Of a stretch of DNA of 64,000 nt, positions 1 through 11,508 are shown in pieces. The notes beneath the pieces were generated by a model. That model was not told the origin of the DNA, searched no databases, and was given only the letters and a program-made list of their open reading frames with translations. The DNA is taken from positions 2,852,001 to 2,916,000 of the forward strand of contig NC_043026.1 of assembly GCF_006345805.1 (NCBI RefSeq), in the 5' to 3' direction. Source of the DNA: Octopus sinensis. Its lineage: Eukaryota. The translations under genes and the position numbers were made by a program. Position 1 is the first letter of the stretch, and each line of letters begins with the position of its first letter.

Positions 1-371
1 CCATGATAGCATAGAAAGCGGACGTTAAACGATGATGATGATTTCTGTTCATGATCAGGGAGGCACATATCGTCAGCCACTAAGGGACATGCTGAAATGC
101 TTGTGGTCAAGCAACTCAGTGCTGAATCTAAAATGGAAAATGGAGAATGGGTCAGTTTGAAAACATTGATGTCCAGGTGACAAAAGAAGCTAAGTTTGAA
201 GGATAACTTGAAACATATACAAAACCAGTTTTGTTATGTGTATGTGTGTGGGGGTTTTTCATCATCATCATCGTTTAATGTATATCTCCCATGCATGCAT
301 GGGTAGGACTGTTTGCAGGAGCTGGCCAGGTAGAAAAACTACCTGAGGCTACTGTAACTGTTTTGGCAGGG

Positions 372-1101
372 ATTTTATGGCTGGATGCCCTTCCTAACAT
401 TAACCACTCTGCAGAGTGGATTCAGTGCTTTATATGTGGCACGAAGCACAGGCGAGGTTAGTTTTGGCATGGTTTTTATGGCTGGATGCCCTTCCTAACA
501 TTAACCACTCTGCAGATTGGATTCAGTGCTTTATATGTGGCACGAAGCACAGGCGAGGTTAGTTTTGGCATGGTTTTTATGGCTGGATGCCCTTCCTAAC
601 ATTAACCACTCTGCAGAGTGGATTCAGTGCTTTATATGTGGCACGAAGCACAGGCGAGGTTAGTTTTGGCATGGTTTTTATGGCTGGATGCCCTTCCTAA
701 CATTAACCACTCTGCAGAGTGGATTCAGTGCTTTATATGTGGCACGAAGCACAGGCGAGGTTAGTTTTGGCATGGTTTTTATGGCTGGATGCCCTTCCTA
801 ACATTAACCACTCTGCAGAGTGGATTCAGTGCTTTATATGTGGCACGAAGCACAGGCGAGGTTAGTTTTGGCATGGTTTTTATGGCTGGATGCCCTTCCT
901 AACATTAACCACTCTGCAGAGTGGATTCAGTGCTTTATATGTGGCACGAAGCACAGGCGAGGTTAGTTTTGGCATGGTTTTTATGGCTGGATGCCCTTCC
1001 TAACATTAACCACTCTGCAGAGTGGATTCAGTGCTTTATATGTGGCACGAAGCACAGGCGAGGTTAGTTTTGGCATGGTTTTTATGGCTGGATGCCCTTC
1101 C
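372..1101. repeat. 101-bp minisatellite, about 7 copies, derived from the RTE-tail repeat
   Basis: CTGGATGCCC recurs at 381, 482, 583, 684, 785, 886, 987 and 1088. Confidence 0.95.
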
Positions 1102-1609
1102 AAATGCCAACCACTTTACAATGTGGACTGGATGCTTTTTACGTGGCACCAGCACTGGCAGGGTCACCAAGTGACTCGTAAGACAAGGAATTATGAGAGG
1201 GGCAGGGGAAATTTGGTGTCAATAAACATCAGTCTTCCATGCTGGCGCAGGTTGGACAGTTAACAGGATTCTATTGATCAAAGGATCAAATCCTCTAACC
1301 CATGCCGACTTGAAAAACAGACGTAAAATGTTAAGTGTATGTATATGTTTACACATTTGTGTGTGTTTGAATCTGTATGTGTGTGTATATATATATACAT
1401 ATATATATATACATATAAAAGTAAATAAATGGTAGAACGAAGTACCGATATTTACTGGAAAATAGCGATCGTAATAAAAACGACGCTATTGTATAGCTTC
1501 ACTGGGTATATACTAGCAAAGACGTGTGTGTGTGTGTGCAACAAACATGAAAAAATTTGTCTTACCTCTAGCAAGAACATCTGAAAAATGAAAAACCTAG
1601 AAACGGATA

Positions 1610-1680
1610 ATGCAGGACCGGTTTCAGACTCTTCAAATACGTTTGGCAACGTAGATTTGAATTGTCTTCATCAGCTGCAT
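1610..1680 (-). ncRNA. Type I hammerhead ribozyme motif
   Basis: Minus strand reads AUGCAG-CUGAUGA-AGAC(...)GUCU-GAAA-CCG-GUC-CUGCAU: 6-bp stem I, intact core, extended stem II, palindromic ACCGGU stem III, GUC cleavage triplet. Confidence 0.85.
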
Positions 1681-2051
1681 ATACCTAGACAAAATTTCAA
1701 ATGTTGCCACATCTATGCCAGTACACTCGTCTGAACGCCAAAACATTAACAGAACGCAATTCAAAATGAATAATTAAATTACACCATCTAGAAAATTACA
1801 TATAATAGAAAAGTTAAAATTAAAATAACAATTAAAAAGTAAAGATTAAGTAAATTACAAGAATAATGTAATGTATATTATATGTAATTTCCTAGATGGT
1901 GTAATTTAATTATTCATTTTGAATTGATAAAAGGTGTTTTTTTTCTAATATTTTATATATATATTATATTGTGTGGAATTTGATTTAGTATTTCTAAATT
2001 GAATTCTTTTTCCTTGTAAGTTTGGATTTTATTCCCTCAAATAATAATTAT

Positions 2052-2101
<50 letters not shown>

Positions 2102-2274
2102 TGTATTCTTGTGTGTATATATGTGTGTGCCTATACATTTGTGTGTGTATGTATTTGAATTGGTATGTGTGTGTATACCTATATATGTATTCATACACAC
2201 ATACATGTTTACACCCATCCCGCTCACGTGCAGTGTCCTCTCTCTGATCTTCATCCTCTTTACTATGTCGGCAG

Positions 2275-2402
2275 GCGATGACCTTACTGACCAGTGTCCT
2301 ACCCAACAAAGATGATGACCTTGAAATGTGGCTTAAGGTGGTCAAGAAAATATGGATTGCCAAGTTTGACCAGGAAACTGAAGTTCAGGAGCTTGCCAAA
2401 AT
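2275..2402 (+). CDS. GCN1: GCN1 exon w1 (AMTLLTSVLPNKDDD...FDQETEVQELAK)
   Basis: cag|GCG acceptor, AT|gtgagt donor; resembles GCN1 LWVVKFDKEEEIRKLA; phase 2 matches the next exon. Confidence 0.85.
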
Positions 2403-2513
2403 GTGAGTAGCGGTGGTGGTGGTGGTGATGATGAGTGGTGCTGATCATGCCGTTCTGTTTCAATGCAGAGATAAACTGATGCCCTATATATATACATACA
2501 TATATATATATAT

Positions 2514-2573
<60 letters not shown>

Positions 2574-2828
2574 AACATCCTCTCACTCGGATGTTTGGGG
2601 TTTTTTCCCCTTTTTCCTTTCTTTGCATGGCAACCTCCCTAACACTGGTCTCATCTAAAGGGGGGGGGGGAAGGGACCCCCGTCCCCTCTGTAAAGTGGT
2701 TGACATTAGCAAATGCATCTGGTTATTGAGACCCTGCTAAAATTAAAATTGTTGCCTGATGCACTTCTGCAGTTTGTTGGTCCCTGTTAAACTATCTGAC
2801 CCATGCCAGCATAGGAATAGAATGTTAA

Positions 2829-3803
2829 CCCTACCATATTTCTGTTAAGATGCTCTGTATTCCTTACAAGTGATTTTAAATATAACAAAGAATTTACTAA
2901 AATACATTCGTTATCATTCAGCTAGTGTTAGGAACATAAATTGTGACTAAGGTTTGGTGGAAGATTTTAATTCAAAACTTATGAAAACAAGACATTTGTA
3001 CTACAGAACCAGAGGTGGTTTCCGCCAGATTGGTATCAAAAGGGTTAAGAATTGTTTCTCTATTATATATTTTAACCCTTTTGTTACCATATTTCTGTTG
3101 AGATGCTCTGTATTTCTTTCAATTAATTTTAAATATAACAAAGAATTTAGTAAAATACCTTCGTTATCATTCAGCTAGTGTTAGGAACATAAATTGTGAC
3201 TAAGGTTTGGTGGAAGATTTTAATTCAAAACTTATGAAAACAAGACATTTGTACTACAGAACCAGAGGTGGTTTCGGCCGGATTGGTTTCGAAAGGGTTA
3301 AGAATTGTTTCTCTATTATATATTTTAACCCTTTTCTTACCATATTTCTGTTGAGATGCTCTGTGTTTCTTTCAATTAATTTTAAATACAACAAAGAATT
3401 TAGTAAAATACCTTCGTTATCATTCAGCTAGTGTTAGGAACATAAATTGTGACTAAGGTTTGGTGGAAGATTTTAATTCAAAACTTATGAAAACAAGACA
3501 TTTGTACTACAGAACCAGAGGTGGTTTCGGCCGGATTGGTTTCGAAAGGGTTAAGAATTGTTTCTCTATTATATATTTTAACCCTTTTCTTACCATATTT
3601 CTGTTGAGATGCTCTGTGTTTCTTTCAATTAATTTTAAATACAACAAAGAATTTAGTAAAATAACTTAGTTATCATTAAGCTAGTGTTAGGAATATAAAT
3701 TGTGACTAAGGTTTGGTGGAAGATTTTAATTCAGAACTTTTGAAAACAAGACATTTGTACCAGAGAGCCAGAGGTGGTTTCAGCCAGGTTGGTAACAAAA
3801 GGG
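2829..3803 (+). mobile_element. Tandem array of four ~222-bp piggyBac-like MITEs (253-bp period)
   Basis: Each unit is TTAA|CCCTTT...AAAGGG|TTAA (left end of the first copy partly deleted), separated by an identical 23-nt spacer. Confidence 0.75.
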
Positions 3804-3899
3804 TTAAAAGATGATACTGAGAAGGAGAAAGAATGACCTTAGGGGTGAGAACCTGCAGTTCATCCTTTGCAAACTATGCATCTGTAAGGAGCCTGTTTC

Positions 3900-4640
3900 A
3901 ATCTTCCGCTTTGGAACAGGTCATGCGATGTTCCTGCTAAATTAGTCGTTTTTACTAACCTGCATTTTGGTTTGTCTTGGACAGGAATTGATTTTGATGC
4001 TTGTTGCTTCTGCTCTCCATCCCCGGTCTTTCAAGTGACGGAGTTTTCTGTTCTCCAGTTCTTAGGGAAAAAGCAGAGCAAGCTGTCATAATGTCATCAT
4101 CATCAGAGGGAGATCTGGGTTTGGGTGATTTATCTGGGAATTGTTGGAGGAATCAATCCAGAAACCATTTGAATGTTATGACATCTTTTCCTCTTTTAAA
4201 GTGTCTTGGCATGATGTGAAAGAGAACAGGGCCAGTTGAGGTGAAACAGTTCTGTCTGAGTGTTGTAATGTGGCACAAGCAGGACTTTTGTAGAGGATGG
4301 ATGACACAGGGACCTGTTGTGGGCATAATAGTGACGAGTGGTGTGTGCTAGTCGCTATAAATAAGGTGAGAGTACAAAGTAGGCGGTCAGAGATAGTTGG
4401 GTCTTTACTTACTAACTATACTGCTATACCAGAGTGGGTGTTATAACAATCAGGTATTAAGGGTTACAACAGGACAAAGCCTTGGGTGGATTTTAAAGTT
4501 GATTCCAACATCATTTGGGTGATGCTGTTGGAATATTTTATACATCATACAAATGATATAGCTCTCACAGCAACGTTGGGGGGAATGAAGTTTGAGCTTC
4601 TTGAGGCGATCCCCATAATCAAGACTTGTCATGTTGTGTA
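3900..4640 (-). mobile_element. Decayed CR1/L2-group LINE 3' fragments, interrupted near 4200-4450
   Basis: LDYGDRLKKLKLHSPQR..Y motif and FKWFLD*FLQQFPDK-like terminal motif. Confidence 0.55.
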
Positions 4641-5293
4641 TTTTTGGGGATTGATTGGGGGGGGGGGTCTTCAGTTTTTATAATATTTTGTTTTGTGTAG
4701 GAAGAATGCAGAAGACATTGGTATTCAAGGTGAGGATGGGCAAAGGTGGAGAGGATAAGGATAGGAGTGTCTCTAGACTGGAAATTCCTGACGATTCAGG
4801 AGCACTCCCTGTGGACCATGTCAACTTTGCTGTTTATATGGGCAGATGTGTGTGTGTGTGTGTGTGCCATCATCCTCATTTAATGTCCATTTTCCTCCCT
4901 GACGTGGGTCAAACTGTTTGGCAGGAACTGGCAAATAGAAGACTGTGCTAGATTCCTCTGGCTGGTTTGGCTTGTCATAGCACCAGCCAAGTTAACAGGG
5001 CCGGCTGGGTGATTCTTATGTGGTACCAGCTCCTAACCTGCAACACGAAACCCCCTCCTCCTCAACAAAGATGGGGGAGTAGTATTGAGAGAAGTGGCCC
5101 TGTGCCAGGTGAAGAAGGGTGGGAACAGGATGGCAGTTGGAAAAGAAGCGGGGACAGTAGCTAAGGTACATCCGGGTGTACCCTCGAGTTTTAGGAAGGT
5201 GAATATGAGAAGTTGTATGGGGTGAGGGAGTTGGTTCCTGAGGGGTTAGTGTCAGATAGATGGAGATTGAGGACAACACGAGTGGTCAGATGT

Positions 5294-7745
5294 CACTGTG
5301 CAACAAATTTCAGGTTCAAAAAAGTACAAGACTTGTTTCTGGGTCAAAAAATTGTCCTGATTCTGATTCTGACCTTTATTTCTCCAGATTAGGCACCGTT
5401 TTCCTGTACCATGAACCATATGTTTTATAATATCCTGCATAATATTGCGTATTGAACACAACATTGCAAATACTGAAAGTTACAAAAACCAAAACAAAAA
5501 TTTAGTTGGTATAACAAAACATATCTTTATATATAAAAGTGAGGTTGTGTGTCTGTCTCCTACGATTTAGATTCCTAACTACTCCCACATTTTGCGGTGC
5601 AGTTTAACCAGAAGCGGGTATCTTATAGTCGTGATTCATATCGAGCCCTTCTGGGTATTAACATGAGTCTACGATTTTAAAAAAAATTTACCATCAATTT
5701 TTCCCATTTTTTAATGCATTTTTGGCATATATAAGGGGAGTAACTCTCTAAAAATGTATTATTAAATCTCAGAACATAAAAAGCTACAGTAACACCCCCC
5801 CCTTTGTGGTTAGCCATATTGAGATGGCTATTATACTTTACATCTCTAAAAATGCTTATATAGTTATCTCCCTTACAAACCCGAGCAACGCCGGGCGATA
5901 CTGCTAGTTGGTTATGAATTAAAAACACACCTGTCAGTTTAAACAACTTTTGTCTTTCTAAGCATCTTGTGCAGAGTACGATCTTCTTTTTTTATACCCG
6001 AGCAGTAGTCTGCCAACATGCCAGGGTTCCATTTTCCTTTGAATCATCGTTCCATCACTGAAATCTCCTGATGGAATCTTTTGCCATGTACATCACTCAC
6101 ATCACCAAGATTTTCCACAAAAATACTCCAAATGCGAGTGAAGCACATGACCTTTTAGAGACATGTTACATCCCATATCATGATACTCAGCAGATCATTC
6201 ACAATTTGCACATAGTTCTCTGAACGATGGTTGCCCAGGAAGTTATCGCAAACTTTCTTGAATGACTCAAAGGCAAGCTTCTCTTTTCTTTTCTGATGCA
6301 TGATGAAGGTTTCATCAAATACAATTTTTCGAATTTTGGGACCTGTGAAGAAACCTTCTTTAATTTTAGCTTGACACAGTGAAGGGAACTTTTCTGCAAG
6401 ATATGCAAATGTGGAGGATTCCTTGTCCAAGGCTTTCACAAATTGCTTAAACAAACCAAATTTAATATGCAAAGGTGGTAAAAAAATTCCATCACTTTTC
6501 ACAAGTGGTTTGTGCACGATGTTGTGTTTTCCTTGCTCAATTTCATTTTGGATCGGCCAATACTTGCGTACATAATGTTCAGTTCTTGCTCTGGAATTCC
6601 ATAAGCACAGAAAGCAGCAAAATCTAGTATAGCCAAGCTGAAGGCCAGTAGGCATGGCCACAACCTTAAAATCTGCACAAATATGCCAGGTATGGTCATC
6701 ATACTGTATGCTTGTTAGAATTGCTTTCAGATTTTCATATGATTCTTTCATGGTTGTGCTATAAGCTATGGTAACAGAAGGCTGAGTGTTACCATTGTGT
6801 AGCAGAACAGCTTTGATGCTGTCCTTGGATGCATCTATGAAAAGTCACCAGTTGGTTTTATCCTATGGTATTTCCAGTTGCTCAAAAAGTTCAGTGATGT
6901 CATTGCAAAAGCAAAAGTCATCCTTCATGGGGAATAATGCAAGCAGATCCTCTGTACGTTTTCTGTACAGTGTTATCTTCAATCCTTCCTCAAGAAGATT
7001 ACGTTCTTGAAGCCTTGATGCCAGAAGCTCACTTTTCTCTTTGGTTAAATAGAGATCCCTGCACAAGTCATTTAGAGTCTCTTGAGAAAATGGGATTGGT
7101 TTATTCTCGCTTCCTGGATCATTGGACTCCACACATTCACCACTGGAATGTTCATCAGCATTGCCGGAACTCTGCATTTCTTGACTTGGAGATTTGGGCA
7201 CAGGTAAATTTTCTGAGTGCTCTACTGGACACATTGCTGATTGCAAATTTGAGTAAACAATATGTTTCTTTTTCTTTGCTGTAGTACAGCCTGTAAAGTC
7301 ATGGTGACAGAAATAGCAGTCATTAGAGTGATCTTTCTGCTCACGCCAAATCATTGGCTCACCAAACTTCATGTGAACGTTTTTTCCTGCATACCAGGCA
7401 CTCAATGTCTTCACACGTGTAAGGCGACACACAAGAGGAGCCCATGACTTATCCTGGTCTCCTAAGTAACAATCGAAGTACGCCTTGTATATTTTCTTGA
7501 TATGGCGTGTAATACTATGCTTTTCTTTAGCAAAAGTCAATTCCCCACAGATATAAGAGAATCTGTTTGGCTCATTTTTGCACTGTCTTGCACTCATTGT
7601 TGAAAACAAACAAGATCTGAAAGATAAAAAATAACATCAAACACAAGCTTTGAATCACATTGAATCTCTAGCCCTGGGTTGAAACCAATTTTACAATGCG
7701 GTTGAGAATTTTATTTAATAATAATGACAAAAAGGGTCTACAGTG
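5294..7745 (-). mobile_element. Decayed Chapaev3-like (CMC) DNA transposon
   Basis: ORFs 6863-7609 and 6155-6751 share one frame joined across two stop codons (TAG, and TGA in W*LFID). Motifs: YICG, GDQDKSWAP, WREQKDH.DCYFC, PPLHIKFGL, and after frameshifts SDVHGKRFHQ (to about 5985). Putative termini are CACTGT...ACAGTG; boundaries are tentative. Confidence 0.7.
5524..5907 (+). mobile_element. Non-autonomous Helitron family H1, nested in the Chapaev-like element
   Basis: A|TC 5' end, CTAG|T 3' end, subterminal hairpin CCCGAGCAACGCCGGG. Confidence 0.85.
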
Positions 7746-8225
7746 ACAATTCTGTAGAAACCCTGCCTAATTCAACAAAAAGAAGGCCAGAAATGGGTTT
7801 CCCATGTCATTTGGCATATAAAAATGGGCACAGATCTCTTGTACTTTTTTGAGTGTTGCATTGTGTGTTCAAAGGTGGATATGAGTTTGAAGAGGAAGTA
7901 GGAATGGGTCCGGGTGGTGTCAACATAGATGTTGTGAAGTATGTTGGGGTGAGATGCAGAGAGAGAGAGAGAGAGATGTGTAGTATCAGGGATGAAGCCT
8001 GAAGTACATAAGGGTGGAGGCTGTGGGAGGAGAAAGGTAAAATGTCAGGTGAGAATTAGGAGGAGGTATACTAAGAATGCATGAGGGAAAAGGTGGCTCT
8101 AGGGAGGGTACACAGTGGCAGGGCTAGGGGGCGAATATGTTCGAGTTATGCTGGGAGTTGGGGTGGACTGTTGGGAAGATGAATTGTAAGATGTCTTATG
8201 GTCTTGTCTGGTTTGTTTACCATAG

Positions 8226-8418
8226 GTTAGAGACAAAACTGAAAATACAGAATCCACCTCCAAAGATGGTGACCACCCTCATCGAAGATGTCATCCACCC
8301 TGAAGAAAGTGTACGTCAAGCTGCGGCATCAACTGTTGCAGCAGTTCTGCAGTTACACAAGAAACAGGTGGCACCAATGATGCACCAACTTTTGGACAAG
8401 TACGGAGAGAAGCTGTTT
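8226..8418 (+). CDS. GCN1: GCN1 exon w2 (LETKLK...LIEDVIHPEESVRQAAA...YGEKLF)
   Basis: Pyrimidine tract + tag|G acceptor; TTT|gtaagt donor; LIDDVIYHEAAVRQ-like motif. Confidence 0.9.
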
Positions 8419-8489
8419 GTAAGTTGAAAGTTGTTGTTTTTGTTGCTGTGAAATTGTTGTGTGTGAGCCTCATCCTGGGTACATGTGTG

Positions 8490-8920
8490 TGTTAGTTAAT
8501 TAGTTAATTTTTGGGCTCAAAAGCAAAAAGCAAGGCCATGTAGGGGGACATGGAGTTATGTACAGGGTGGTGTTCATGTAAAGAGTTCAGGCCACTTGTG
8601 GTCAAGGGAGACTTTGAACCGGTCGTCGGCATCTTCACCATCTCGTCCGGCAGCTTATTCCACAGATCCGCAACCCGGACGGAGAAAGCCCCTCTCCTTC
8701 GATTGAGATGAAATCGTCGCAGATAGAGCTTTTCGGAATGACCCCGCAGCCGACGCTCTGGAGCAGGAATGAAGAACAGCTCTTTTGAGAAGTTACACTT
8801 TCCGCTTATGATGTTGTGAGCAAGAATGAGATGACCACGGCGTCGTCGTTTTTCTAGAGAATAAAGGTTGAGCGTCTTCAGCCTTTCTTCATAAGACAAA
8901 TTCTTGAGACCAAGAACCAT
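8490..8920 (-). mobile_element. 5'-truncated CR1-type LINE (end of ORF2 + 3' UTR)
   Basis: LSYEERLKTLNLYSLEKRRRRG.LI...LRGHSEKL...FSVRV..LWNKLP. Confidence 0.85.
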
Positions 8921-9382
8921 GCAGGTAGCCAGCTTATGTCTATTTACCTAGGTTTATGTTTGTGGGTATGTATTGATGTGTGTGTGTCATCATCATCATC
9001 ATCGTTTAGCATCCGCTTTCCATGCTGGCATGGGTTGGACGGTGCATCTGGGGTCTGGGAATGACCAGGATTTTGCTGTATCGTTTCTCTGGTATTTTCG
9101 ATATGCTGAGGGGGTCTTCACATGTCTTTTTCGGCCACACCCAGGTTGATCAGCAGTGGAACCAGGCTCTTGAAATTTCTTGCCAATTTTCCAGGCTGTT
9201 GTTCGGTTAATTTTAATCTTTTTTTTTACTAAAGCTCCTTTGTAGAGGACTGTGACTGTATTTCGGTCTTTAGCTATTATCTAATTTATAAATCTGAATT
9301 TGGAAATACTAAATTTCTAGATCTCTCGTAGAGACATGTACGGTGGGGGGGGCGATAGAATGGTTGTATTCTGTCAATCTAA

Positions 9383-9760
9383 CATGAACGTGACAGTAGG
9401 GGGTACACCACTGCTGTTTAGCCCTAGGAAGCATTGACGCCTCCTGATGGCTTTGACACATTTTTCCTGTGTCCTTATATACATTTACAAAGGGGAGACA
9501 AATACCCCCAGCCGCCCGGGCTGCATCTAGGGACACGTGTTTCAGGGGAGACAAATACTCCCAGCCGCCCGGGCTGCATCTAGGGACACGTGTTTCAGGA
9601 TGACACATGTCCCTAGATGCAGCCCAGGCAGCTAGGGGTATTTGTCTCCCCTTCGTAAATGTATATAAGGACACAGGAAAGATGTGGCAAAGCCATCAGG
9701 AGGCGTCGATGCTTCCTAGGGCTAAACAGTGGTGGCGTATACACTACTGTCACGTTCGTG
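9383..9760. mobile_element. Fold-back MITE with ~155-bp arms and a TAA target duplication
   Basis: TAA|CATGAACGTGACAGTAG ... CTACTGTCACGTTCGTG|TAA; internal ~50-bp direct duplication. Confidence 0.75.
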
Positions 9761-9916
9761 TAAAATCTGAATTTATTTAATCTGAAACAAAAAGAAGACA
9801 CGAAGCTTTTATAATGATGAATATTTCTGATATCTTATCACATTCATTGATAATTATTAAAGCCCGAAACTTCAGTTGCCTTAAATTCAGGACACCCTGC
9901 ATATATATATATAAAG

Positions 9917-10144
9917 ACGGCGAACTGGCAGAAACGTTAGTGTGCCGGGCGAAATGCTTAGCGGTATTTCGTCTACCGCTACATTCTGAGTTCAAATTCC
10001 ACCGAGGTCAACTTTGCCTTTCATCCTCTCGGGGTCGATAAATTAAGTACCAGTTTCGCACTGGGTCGGTGTAATCGACTTAATTCATTTGTCTGTCTTT
10101 GTTTGTCCCCTCTGTGTTTAGCCCCTTGTGGCCAATAAAGAAAT
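9917..10144 (+). mobile_element. tRNA-derived SINE family B
   Basis: GGCGAxCTGGCAGAA head, GAGTTCAAATTCC B-box; other copies at about 42975, 48050, 55850, 57050, 61045, 61730 and 61940. Confidence 0.8.
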
Positions 10145-10287
10145 ATATATATATAAGTTCAGCAAAACAATTTAGATTCAAATGAATATGGTACTTAATT
10201 TAGATGCACCAGAATTTTGTATGGTGTCAGCCATAAAATTATGTGGGGTGATTATAATCAAAAATAAGCTACAAGAATGGATCCGGT

Positions 10288-10366
10288 AATTTAGTACAAT
10301 TGTTTCATACTACAACATTTTATTAAAGCTGCAAATATAATATGTCAAGTAATCTTCAGCTAATTT
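10288..10366 (-). ncRNA. Hammerhead-like motif in a fold-back repeat
   Basis: UUAG-CUGAAGA-uUACU...AGUAu-GAAA-CAAUU-GUA-CUAA; palindromic ACAAUUGU stem III; non-canonical pair at the base of stem II. Confidence 0.55.
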
Positions 10367-10777
10367 CATATAGGTTTTCCAATAATGTAAAGTTCTCAAA
10401 TCAATTAGTAACATCTTAGAGAGTTTAAATATACTTTACATTATTGGAAAACCTATCTGAAATTAGCGGAAGATTACTTGACATATTATATTTGCAGCTT
10501 TAATAAATTGTTATAGTATGAAACAATTATACTAATCTACTGGATCCATTCTTGTTGCTTATTTTTTGGTTATATATATGTATATATATGTATATGTATA
10601 TTATATGTATATATATATGTATATATTATATATATATATGTTATATATATATATATATATATGATATATATATATATATATATATGTATATTATATATAT
10701 ACATATATATGTATATTATATATATATATATGTATATTATATATATATATATATATGTATATTATATATATATATAT

Positions 10778-10827
<50 letters not shown>

Positions 10828-11062
10828 TATATATATTATATATATAATATATATATAATATATATATATAATGTGTTGGATGCTCTTTATGTGCCACCAA
10901 CATGGGTGTGTTAACACAGTACCATCACAATTGCTATTTAAGTAGCATCTGCATCTGAAAGGGTGGGCCTTACTGAGTGGAAGACAGTGATTTATTTAGC
11001 TTGTGTGTGTATATATATATATACATATATTGTTCCTAGTATTTTTTTCTACTTTCCACCAG

Positions 11063-11299
11063 CTCCCCCCACCAGAAGTAGACAGTTTCGGACGTGTTAT
11101 CGGTGAACCAGTTCCTGATGATTGGATGTCACGCAGCGGAATTGCACTGTGCCTCACCAAGATGGCCCCTCTACTCCCCAAACACCTCATTGCGCCACTT
11201 TTTGCATTCTACGTACCAAAGGCGCTGGGGGACCGCGCACCAGAGGTGCAAACCAACATGCGTGATGCTGCACTTGCTGCAGTCAATGAACACGGCAAG
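11063..11299 (+). CDS. GCN1: GCN1 exon w3 (LPPPEVDSFGRVIG...DAALAAVNEHGK)
   Basis: cag|CTC, AAG|gtaagc; 237 nt, phase 0/0. Confidence 0.95.
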
Positions 11300-11453
11300 G
11301 TAAGCTGCTGTACCTTGTACTTTCTGTAAGTCTGTGTGTAGACGGATGTATATGTTCAAGTATTTATTTATATATATATATATATACATACATACATATA
11401 TACATATATACATATGTATATATACATATATATACACATATATAAGTATATAT

Positions 11454-11508
<55 letters not shown>

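Noticed and set aside
2954-3669. Three near-identical 'MVEDFNSK' ORFs, and a CRISPR-like repeat/spacer look
   Set aside because: Tandem MITE units with identical spacers and non-ATG starts; eukaryotic context, no cas genes
9917-10010. tRNA-like A/B boxes as tRNA genes
   Set aside because: No cloverleaf; they continue into SINE bodies found in many copies
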